Positions 52,881 to 64,000 of a stretch of 64,000 nucleotides of DNA are shown here, in pieces. Location: the NCBI GenBank assembly GCA_951406725.2, contig OX597823.1, positions 51,646,001 to 51,710,000 on the forward strand, read 5' to 3'. Under the pieces are notes generated by a model. The model had not been told where the DNA came from, did not search any database, and saw only the letters and a list, made by a program, of their open reading frames with translations. The position numbers and the translations under genes were made by a program. Each line of letters begins with the position of its first letter. The first letter of the stretch is position 1. Origin of the DNA: Octopus vulgaris. Lineage: Eukaryota.

Positions 52881-53772
52881 CAAGGTGCTATCAAAAGATT
52901 GCTGGACTAGTTATGTTTAATATAAAATAACTTATTTACCTAAGTCTTAACATCATCTCCTTCAAAACAGTCACCTTGCATGGCAATACATTGATCCCAG
53001 CATTTCTGCCACTTTTGGAATCCAACCTGGAAGTTGGATAGCAATTTGAGGTTCATCTGCAATTCACTCCAGGTCTCAACAATGGTGTTAAAATAGCAAC
53101 CTTTGAGTTGCATTTTCCTCTTTGGGTAGAGACAGAAGTCCACAGGTGCTAAATCTAGTTAATAGGACAGACGCAGAAGCAATACCCTGTTGTTTTAGCA
53201 AGAAGCTCATGAACAAGGTGAGCTTGGTGAAGAATCCAGTTCCTCACACTCCACAGATCTGATCGTTTTCGCCAAATGTTCTCCTGCAAATGCTTCAAAA
53301 CACCACAGTAGAACTCTCAATTGATGGTCTGGCCTTGGGGAATCAATTTTCAATGTACAATACTACATTTCTGGGGTGACACTCATGATAGGTCTTCCAG
53401 ATTGCTAAACATCTTCCAGGGATGTTCTTCCGTATTTTAAGCACCCATGCCACTTGAAACATTGTGTACCACCCATTGGCTCATCGCTATAAGCTTTTCC
53501 AAAGAATGCTCAATGTCTCTGTAGCAGACTTCCTAAGTTTAACACAAAATATCACGTTAGCTGTTTGTTACTGTCCATGACAAAATGGCAGACTACAGCA
53601 TACACGTGATCACAAAAACACAAATTTCACAACTTGCAAAGTAAACACAGCAATGTTACTCAGCACACTGTCCCATACAGGTCACTACTAGCTCTCACTG
53701 TGCATGCAGCCATGTGCTGCCATCTGTTGGTGCACTATAAAACTAGTCCAGGAACTTTTTGATATCACCTCA
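52881..53772 (-). mobile_element. Mariner transposon, internally deleted, both TIRs present
   Basis: TIRs caaggtgctatcaaaagattgctggactagtt / aactagtccaggaactttttgatatcacctca-ta. Minus strand gives DLAPVDFCLYPK..LKG..FQKWQKCWDQCIAMQGDCFEGD. Confidence 0.9.
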
Positions 53773-53842
53773 TACTTATATACATACATATGTGTATGTA
53801 AATATAAACAAACTAACATACATACATACATACATACATACA

Positions 53843-53878
<36 letters not shown>

Positions 53879-54112
53879 TAGGGAGAGAGATAGAGAGAGA
53901 GATCCGTACGGTATTATCCATACAATTTCAAAATAAGCAACAAGGATATCCAAAGGGATGCAGTACAATCGTTTCATGCAACTCCATTTAATTGAACAAT
54001 GCAATCATTACATCAGTTTAAAATGCAGAGCAATCTTCAGCTGTACAAAGACATAGAATTTAATTAAATTAGAACAGTTGGACACATTAGTATAATTATA
54101 CCTAAAATCTCC

Positions 54113-55046
<934 letters not shown>

Positions 55047-56613
55047 TCAGGCAGACAAACAGATGGATAGATTTCTTAAATACTGCTGGGAAATTATTTC
55101 ACTGTGTTGTTATTTTGATCTTCAGACATTGTAGAAATATTTTGATGGAATAAGGATGTAATATACGAAAAGTAGTGACTAAAAGTCTTTTAGTGGCGTA
55201 ATATTTATGATTATGAGTCTTGGAAGAAACCCTGGTCACTTCCTCTACTATTGGCATTTATCAACTTGACTCCATATGAATTCTTCACTGTGATTGATTG
55301 TCAAATCCTGACTCTTCAAAGTGATATAACTGCCTCAAGCAAGTCTAAACTAACTATTGAAATTCTTTGTTGGATTATAACTCTTTGGTTCCACTAGATA
55401 ACTATTGTAAAAGTAGAAGTTGCATTCCTCATTGCAAAAAGTTGGTCTTAGACTGTGCTTTTGATGTTATAGTATTATTCCTCAAAGGGAAGGAGGGAGC
55501 TTATGGTCACTAATGCATCTAGCAAAGATTTTCTTTCAGTTAATGTTGCTCATAATTATATTTTATAATGCTATGTTGAGGCAAACAGTAGCGTGATGAA
55601 TACAGCACAGTTGTATGATGAATGCAGGTATTTTAAAGTGTGCAGTCCAGCATGAAGAAATCAAACATCCAAAATTAACTTCAGCTATCCATTAATTTAT
55701 TCAAATTGCTTTATTGCATATGCATTCACAAGATATTTTTCTCTTGCTACAATAAACAAGGCATTCATCTTATAAAGGATTTTCGTAAAAAGCTCTGATA
55801 TTAGATAAAACCATGAATCAATCAATTTTTGCTCATATGCTCTCTGAATGAAGTTAAAAATATCTACAGGATTTTGTATAGGCCTTTGCAAGTTTGAAAA
55901 TACCAGATCCAGATTTCTATTTAAAATTTAAAGCATATTAAATCATTGTTATTATTGTTTGTCTTGTTGCCGTTATTTTTCCTTTATGCATAACATATAG
56001 AAATATGATATGAGGGATTTCTCCCTATCTTTTGATCCTAACAACTTTGAAAAGGATTCTGTGCAGTGGTTAAAGGGTTAGGATATTCTCTGCTTATTCA
56101 ATATTTTTATGGTAACACAGCAAACAAAATAGAGTTTATGAACCCTTCAATGCCCAACCTGCTAAAAACTTCTCATACTAATTGGAACAAAATAATAATT
56201 TCTCTTTATACAAACCACTAAGCTGTAAATTGAATTTTCTCCTGAAATAAAAAGGATATCATCATTTTTAAAGCAATATCTAAGATAATGATAGAATAAA
56301 TACAAGGCTTTAAAAAATAAGTATGGGGGTTGATTCATTCGACTAAAAATTCTTCACGGTGGTGCCCCAGCATGGTCACAGTCTAATGACTGAAACAAGT
56401 AAAAGATAAAAGATAAAGGTTTTGTAATAAGTATCATCCCATCTCCTTGTTTTTCAGACAGTTTATCTAGGTGTATCAATGGTATCCGATGAAGCCTCCT
56501 TTGTTTTTAAGAGACTAAGGTGAGATCTTTAGGAGATTATCAAATTTTCCATCAAGGCAAATGATCATAAATTTTCTCTCATTGGTTCCTTGATCGCTCA
56601 TCATTATAAAATT

Positions 56614-56985
56614 TGGGCTGTATGGTAAGTAGCTTGCTTCCCAATCACACGATTCCAGGTTCAGTCCCCCTGTGTGGCACTTTGGGCAAGTGTCTTCTAC
56701 TATAGCCTCAGGCTGACCAAAGCCTTGTGAGTGGATTTGGCAGATGGAAACTGAAAGAAGCCCATCGTATATATATATATGTATGTATGTTTGTGTGGCT
56801 GTGTTTGTGCCCCCAACATCGCTTGACAACCAATGCTGGTGTGTTTATGTCCCCGTAACTTAGCAATTCAGCAAAAGACACTGATAGAATAAGTACTAGG
56901 CTTACAAAGAATAAGTCCTGGAGTCAATTTGCTCAATTAAAGTGGTGCTCCAGCATGGCCACAGTCAAATGACTGAAACAAGTCA
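56614..56985 (+). mobile_element. SINE family B, CpG-decayed
   Basis: Homologous to 14572-14987. Confidence 0.9.
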
Positions 56986-57036
56986 AATACGGACACTTTA
57001 AAACTTTTGAGTAAAGGAAATGCTGTTTGCCAAAAC

Positions 57037-57352
57037 CAGGGGTCCTCAACCATTTTTTATCTATGGACTCCTTCCTTTATTATTTTATTCTGGTGGACCC
57101 CCATAGCCATTCAGTGTTTAAAAACTAGTTTTATAGAAACTTTCAAAGTTTCTATTTTGTTTTTCACACATTAACTTGTGTAGGTTGAACTATGTCAAAT
57201 GTTAAAGAAAGAAACCTAGCTGTTTCTGCAATACATATATCTAAAGCATAATTTTTTCAGGGGCCCTTACAATACTAAAATGGATCCCCAATTTTCAGCT
57301 TTCTGGCATGGACTCCCAAAAATCTTATATGGACCCTAGTTGAGAACCACTG
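57037..57352. mobile_element. hAT (Charlie-type) MITE
   Basis: TIRs caggggtcctcaac / gttgagaaccactg; degenerate 8-bp flanks gccaaaac / gtctaaag. Confidence 0.75.
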
Positions 57353-57539
57353 GTCTAAAGTAAAAACTTTCATAAAGCATTTGTCAAGAGAAAAATCTGT
57401 GGTAGAAAAGAGAAAATTTGTGAAATTCGAATATGACTTTCTGGAAGCAGTTGATTGAATTTTTGGGAGAATATTTGGTAAAATATTTGAAATAAATAAT
57501 GTGGTATACTTCCATCTTCATCTTCATAATCTTTTATCT

Positions 57540-58211
57540 TTAACCCTTTTGATACCAAACCACCTGAGACTGCCCTTAGATGCATGATATCAACTTAAAG
57601 TGATCTAAGTTCAAAACTTCCCTTTGAAATTTCAGGTTAATTTAGGTTCCAAATACCAGATTAAACCATTTGCTTTTAAAGTGGTCATATTCAACCCAAA
57701 TATCCTAGCTGCTTTATTTTTTAGCGGGGCAGATCCAGCCTCTCACACCTACCCTATAATGCTACTCTAAAAATAATCACATCATCAAAATCTTAAAGCT
57801 ATAAGATAAATACATGATTAATTCAAAACAATGTGAAGAAATAAACATTACATTTGACTGAATGCTAAAAGGTTAATAATGACAATGCTCCGTTGTGTCT
57901 TGCAACCTTTTCAATAGTCTTGACTATTGAAAAGGCTGCAAGATGCAACTAAAATTTTAGGAAAAATAAATAAGTAAATGAGTGAAACTTTACTGGTGAG
58001 TGTGCTAAATAATAAGGCACAAAAAGAAAATTACTCTCCCCAGACACAACAGAATATGCTTCAACACACGAACTCATATTAAGAATCTTGCAAACCAAAT
58101 CCAAAAATGAAATAAAATGACAATATTGTTTCACTAAAATTTTCTTAATTTATAAAATTAATTGAAACAAAATTAGGTACATCAACTGAAACACAGTAAG
58201 AAATGGGTTAA
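57540..58211. mobile_element. TTAA-flanked MITE containing two nested insertions
   Basis: Outer ends ttaacccttttg..aaatgggttaa. Inner TTAA-MITE at 57661-57876. Insert 57887-58115 has TSD aatgacaat. Confidence 0.65.
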
Positions 58212-58223
58212 ATGAATTTGCTT

Positions 58224-58449
58224 TAATCCTTTAGCATTTGGATTATTCTGTCAAATGCAATGCTTATTCATTAACATTATTTTGAGTTAATTATGCATTA
58301 TGCTGAAGCTTCAAGATTATGATGATGTGATTGTTTATTTTTAGAATAACATTGTAGGGTATGTATAAGAGGCCAGATCTAACTACTTTGAACATAAACT
58401 AATAGAATATTTGGGCTAGATATGACCAGTTTGAATGCTAAAGGGTTAA
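58224..58449. mobile_element. TTAA-flanked (piggyBac-like) MITE
   Basis: ttaatcctttagcatt ... aatgctaaagggttaa. Related copies at 57661-57876, 60011-60237 and ~51755-51890. Confidence 0.75.
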
Positions 58450-58831
58450 GCTAGTATCATCATTTGTACTCAACTTGGTGATGTTAATTAAGTAGACTAT
58501 TTTGATAGAATATTTTATATAAAATTAATCATATGACATGTATATATGAATGGTATCTTCCCTACCATTTTCATAAACTTTTATCATGAAATGAGTTTCA
58601 GGGTTTTGGCTTAACACCATCAACAGTTCTTGTCCAGAAAATTTTCTGTGTTTTCCCAGATCAAAAACATTGCGTTTTGAAATGTAACTATCAGTAACAG
58701 AAAAATTAGGGTTAGTGTTTGTCAGCTGCAGTTGGAGTAAATATGGAAGATAAATATGGACATCTATACATGATTTGAACTCAGATATCTTCTTTCTTGT
58801 TTTAAATCTATGGTCAGTTGATACTGCTTAC

Positions 58832-59019
58832 ATGTACTGAGTTGTTGGTGAACCAGATGATACCAATGTAACTAAAATGCTATTGTTGTTTTTGTTGTTG
58901 TTGTTGATGATGATGATGAATACAAGGTTGGCAACCAATGATAATGAGGATGATAGAAAAGTGAGGATGGAGGAGGTGGGGGAAAGGCAATGAGAAATTG
59001 GGGGAGAAAGACGGTCCAT
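58832..59019 (-). CDS. Candidate first coding exon of an unidentified host gene (hydrophobic/signal-like N-terminus)
   Basis: ATG at 59019 with an in-frame upstream stop. [62 protein letters not shown] ends at a GTAAGC donor at 58831. CpGs are locally retained. No homology recognised. Confidence 0.3.
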
Positions 59020-60462
59020 TGATGGTCATAATGATGATAATCATAAGGAAGTTGGTAGCAGTTGTAGATTTGGTGAGGAAGATAACAACGACCGTGGTTG
59101 TTTTTGTTACTATTTACATGCAAACATACTCCCCGAATCCCAACCGACCATACTGATATATCTTATTCTTTGTTGTTGTCAATCTATGTATTTGATTGAA
59201 ACAAATTGCAAGAAATCTGGAAGAATGAAGCGTAGTCGTTCCCTTGAGATTGGTTAGAATAGTGGAGAATATTTTCTGGTAATCCTGCAGAGCATTTAAA
59301 TAACAGTCTGAGATATTGTTGCAGACAACAGACTTCAAAAACTGACACTGTGTCAAATAAGACAAGAAAGTAATTGTGTGTCTTGAGATACAAAAAGAAA
59401 TATACAAGGTTAGTTTTGAAGTAATAATGCCACACGCTAGTTTAGACAAAATAGCTAAATGGATAACATATTGGGCCTAAAAACTCGCAGGTATTGTGCT
59501 ATGGTCTACTGCAGGTTTTTATTGTGTTACTATAAAAATAATTTGCTCTAAATTGCATCAGTTCACTTTGAGAGATGTATAATACCTCGGAAAATTGCCA
59601 TCATAGACTGAAGCTCTATGTAAAAGATTTCTCTGTCAGCTAATTCAAGACATGAAATTGAAGTACTTGATCTTAAGAGACAATGATATTACACTATATC
59701 TGCTATAATATCACATGTTAAAATAAATCTAGATATAAGCAATATATTCATAACCTGCTCTGTTATTTACTTACTGTTTTTTTTTTTCTTTCTGTGTTAT
59801 TATTGTTTGTTTGTTTTTTTTTTTTTGCATACGTTATCTTGTGATGCACATGGACACAACACTTGAAATGTTACCCACAGTCATAGGGTAGTTTGAATCA
59901 TTCTGCAATTAGTCTTACCACAGTGACTCAACTAAAGTTAAATAAAACCTTTGCTTGTGTCCATCAGCACTACCCAACCCACAGGGCAATTCTTCTGCTC
60001 CATAGCTACTTTAACCCATAAGCTTTTATATTAGCCATATCTGGCTCAAATATTCCGCATGTTTTATTTTCAAACTGCCTGAATGTAGTATGTTACACTT
60101 ATCACACAATGACATTCTAAATATAAACAATCACTTCATTAAAATTCCTAAGCTTCAAGATAATGTATGATTGATTCAAAACATTATGAATAAATAAGCA
60201 TTAAATTTGATAGATAAATCTGAATGTTAAAAGGTTAAAACAACTTCCATTACATCGGTAGCTAATTCGATGAACACTGGTTCCTGTGATGCCCAGCATT
60301 ATGTAAGCCCTACTGAGTGACTGGTCTCTCAGTTAGGCTAATGGAAGGAATTATTTTCATTGGATAATTACGGTCATTGCAACTAGTGTATAGCTTTCTC
60401 CATGCCTTACTGAATGCATTACAAAAATGTAGATATACACTATTAAAATTGGTGATCATTTT

Positions 60463-61190
60463 CAGGCCGAGCAAAGCCTTGTGAGTGGATTTGGTAGACA
60501 GAAACTGAAAGAAGCCTGTCGTATATATGTATATGTGTGTGTGTGTGTATGTTCGTGTGTATATGTTCATGTGTCTGTGTTTTTCCCCCCAACATCGCTT
60601 GACAACCGATGCTGGTGTGTCCCTGTAGCTTAGCAGTTCAGCAAAAGAGACCAATAGAATAAGTACTAGGCTTACAAAGAATAAGTCCTGAGGTCAATTT
60701 GCTCGATTAAAGGTGGTGCTCCAGCATGGCCACAGTCAAATGACTGAAACAAGAAAAAAGAGTAAAAGAGTAAAGAGATTTTCAGTATAAACATTGATAC
60801 TCAATCCAACTATGACTGACCATCAAATTATGTGCATACTGTCTTATATTTTAAGACCTGTCATACAAAATTCAGTGCTTTAAAAACTGTATATATCGTG
60901 CAGGCATGGCTGCATCGTAAGAAGCTTGTTTTCAAACTACATGGCTCTGAGTTCAGTCCCACTGCATGGGACCTTCGGCAGCTGTCTACAACTACAAACT
61001 CAGGCTCACCAAAGCCTTGTAAGTGGATTTGGTAGACAGAAACTGAAAGAAGCCCATCATTTGTGTGTATGTGCATTGTGTGTGTGTCATTGTGTCTGTG
61101 TTTGAACCCCACCACTGCTTGACAACCAGTGTTAGTGTGTTCACATCCTCATTACTTAGAAGTTCAGCAAAAGGGACCAATAGAATAAGA
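60463..61190 (+). mobile_element. Two SINE family B copies (60463-60776, 60898-61190), CpG-decayed
   Basis: aaagccttgtgagtggatttggtagacagaaactgaaagaagc and family B tail. Confidence 0.85.
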
Positions 61191-62016
61191 TGGCCACTTT
61201 AGAGAGAAAAATGAAAAACAGCATTAAAAAAACATCTACTCAACTTGATTGAAAGAGATCTGCTATGTAGCTGAAGAAATAAGTGGTGTAAATGATCTGC
61301 ACAGGAATCTGAATCAATTTTCTTAATTCACCAAATTATTACTGGCAAATGTCACTTTTTTCTCTCTTTAATTTATTTCTTTGCTAACTCACATGTTTGA
61401 AATAATAAAAATTATAAGAATATGAACAAATATAGTCATGCCGTTAAGAAGTTTTGCATCACAGTCATATAATTCCAGGTCTGATTGCAATGTGTAGTGC
61501 CTTAAGCAAGAGATTTTTACTGCAGCTTTGAGTCAACCAATGTGTTAGAAGATTTATTTATTTATTTATTTTACTATTTAGAGATGACAGAGGGGTGTAT
61601 ATGGTACTTTTTATTTTCTGGGCTTCTGGGAGTGGTGGAAGCTATCCTCAACATAGACACCTAAAAAGAATATTTGCAACAGGCTGAACTCCTCTACATG
61701 CTCTCAAAGCCTATCACCTCAGAACACAGAACTTAGAACTCAAAAGGCCAGAATAAATACAGAAAGGTAACCTGAATGACCTTCTTGAAATTCTACCAAT
61801 TCACCATCCTGAACCAGTGCTTTACTTTAGTTATACCCAAAGGATGAAAGGCAAAGTTGACCTTGCCAAAAATTAAGCCTAGAATACAAAGAGCAAAATC
61901 AAATACCACAAGGGTACTTAATTGGTAAGTGAAAAATGAAAAAGCTCATCATATGTATATGTGGGGTACAAATACCTATCTTTCGATATCTATAATTAAA
62001 TTTATATGCATATATA

Positions 62017-62049
<33 letters not shown>

Positions 62050-62630
62050 ATGCGATTATGCATGTCTGTGTATTTACTATAGTATATTGGTAGAAACTTC
62101 ATGTATAGTTGCATCCCTTCACTTCAAGTCATGCACGTAGCTATATTTGAAAATAATTCCCTGCATCAAGCTAACTGGGAGGCCAGTCCCTCAGCAGAGC
62201 TTACTGCTTTGAAGGGGTTTTTATGCCCCAAAAATTTACCTCAGGACTTATTTTTAAAGCCTGGTGTTTATTCTGTAGGTCTCTTATATTGAACCACTAA
62301 GTTACAGGGACATAAACAAACCATCACCAAGTGGTGATGGTAGTGGGGCAAACACAAAGACACACACCATACATAGATACATATGGACATACATATATAT
62401 ATATCATTTAGAGAAAAACCTCTATTAAACAATTCAATAAAGAAAGATGTTATTCACACTATATAAAAAACATATACTATAAAAAAGCCTTATTCTAAAA
62501 ATCAATAAAGTACAATAAATAGTAAATAGTAGTAGTAGTAATATATTGTGAAATTTGATTTAAAATTGTTAAATTGAATTTTTCCCTGTAAGTTTTGGAA
62601 TTATATTCCCTACTACTACTATTATTATTA

Positions 62631-62685
<55 letters not shown>

Positions 62686-62709
62686 CATATATATATATAA
62701 ATATAATTC

Positions 62710-63765
62710 TTTCCACAATGTCCGAATTGTTCTCGCCATTGGAAAAATATTATCCAAAAAATGAAAATATTTCAAAATGCTTAATAGACATAAAATTAAA
62801 TTTGCATTTTCTAATAGCCGAAACCTCACACAAATTATAGTAGCACACAACGCGAGTAAGTTAAGTAATTTCCAAATGATGGATCAGCAATAATTAGTAT
62901 GCAGCACGGAGTTTTGTCAGTGAAGAGGTCACGGTCTCAAAGTGACGAAAATATTTTGGCAAATCAAATTTAAATGTTGAAGTGAATCTAATGGTTTTTG
63001 TGTGTTGCTTAAATGGCTTATAAACACCTTCCATGCTGATCTCAGATCAGGTCACTTGCTATGCAAGTACATCTCCGTAATAATTAGTAATGATGTTAAT
63101 ATAATTAACCAAACTAGGAGTGTGAGAAATTGCTATAGCAGAAGCACTACTCAAAGGGAAGCAACCGTAACTAACTCAAATGTGAGATTAAGAAGGGAAG
63201 ACAAGAATACTAGAAAATGCAGTACCCAGAATGTCATCAATGGAGATAGAAGAAATAACCTGGAGAATAGGCAAAATAAATTAGAGATTACCCTTAATGA
63301 AACCAGCATAGAAAATAATATTAGAATTAGAAGAGCTGATATTTTGTGATTGCTCAAGGAATAGACAATGTACTTTAAACTTCGAAGGTAAGATTAAAAA
63401 TGTGGTTTACAGGTGCAAAGTTGCATCAAAAGACAAAGAGTATTTTTATATAGGTGCCATCTCACATTTTATTAAACAAAGAATAGCTAACCATGAAAGT
63501 TCTTTCAAGTATAGTGAGAAAAAATTATACTAGCCTTTGTATAATTAGTTTGGTCACTGAAAGATAGTAACAAAATATATTCAATTGGTTAGGGTATTAT
63601 TAGTAAGGCTAAACTTTATAGAATAGGGGGTAAAAGGTGTGACTTATGCATAGGAGAATGTACCAAATTTTCACTGCTAAAATTAAACTAATAAACACAT
63701 GACAAGAACGTGGTGTATGATGCCTTCCTTAAAGAAAATTTACATTTAAACAATTCAAAGAAACC
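62710..63765 (+). pseudogene. Penelope-like element ORF remnant: RT-EN linker and GIY-YIG endonuclease
   Basis: NRHKIKFAFSNSRNLTQIIVAHN (~62780-62852), then CDCSRNRQCTL..KNVVYRCKV..YFYIGA..KQRIANHESSF (~63345-63510), then GKRCDLCIGE (~63630-63660). Stops and frameshifts are present. Confidence 0.85.
62913..62963 (+). ncRNA. Hammerhead motif of family P5 (core GUGAAGA; 3-8 pair broken)
   Basis: tttgtca-GTGAAGA-g-gtcac-ggtctcaaa-gtgac-GAAA-atat-TT-tggcaaa, within insert 62900-63078 bounded by aataattagta repeats. Confidence 0.6.
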
Positions 63766-64000
63766 CATTACCCTTTATATAATAAAAATTTATTAGAATA
63801 ACAATTGTGAAAATAAGAACCAAAAAATAAATCAAAATTGATTGAATACCTCTAAACTAAGAATATTGTTTTTGAAATGAGTGTGATGGTAAAATTCTAG
63901 TAAAACATTTGATCCAACCATGACCTATTTTTAGGACTGTTTCATTTCACCTACCACATTTAGTAGAGGTGAATCCTAAGTTAAGATTCCTACAACTATT

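Noticed and set aside
63002-63349. 115-aa ORF as an independent gene
   Set aside because: It is a chimera of the inserted P5 element and the PLE linker, frameshifted relative to the GIY-YIG domain.

Overview
This is AT-rich, repeat-saturated animal genomic DNA. The SINE families, (TA)n/(CATA)n/(AAT)n microsatellites and LINE mix point to an octopus-type (coleoid cephalopod) genome, which is an inference. No intact protein-coding gene can be supported; nearly all ORFs in the supplied track are translated microsatellites or transposon debris. The window holds dozens of SINEs in three main families, called A, B and C here. It also holds decayed LINEs (CR1-like, Tx1/L1-like, RTE, R4/Dong-like with a restriction-like endonuclease), a decayed Penelope-like element (PLE) with a GIY-YIG endonuclease, mariner/Tc1 and hAT remnants, and TTAA-MITEs. 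The most striking signal is a set of about 10 minimal type I hammerhead-ribozyme (HHR) motifs in at least five short, non-coding, PLE/retrozyme-like families, mostly sitting in (TA)n tracts. Their catalytic cores are unusual. Three Watson-Crick versions of the tertiary 3-8 pair occur: C3-G8, U3-A8 and G3-C8. Position 4 is often C instead of U, and stem III is a family-specific palindrome. One locus (42.7-43.6 kb) is a 356-nt tandem HHR array whose first unit is inverted and starts 4 nt from the predicted cleavage site. There is also an apparent switch from CpG-intact to CpG-decayed sequence near 48.2 kb and a few weak minus-strand exon candidates. All structures were read by eye; no ribozyme activity has been tested.
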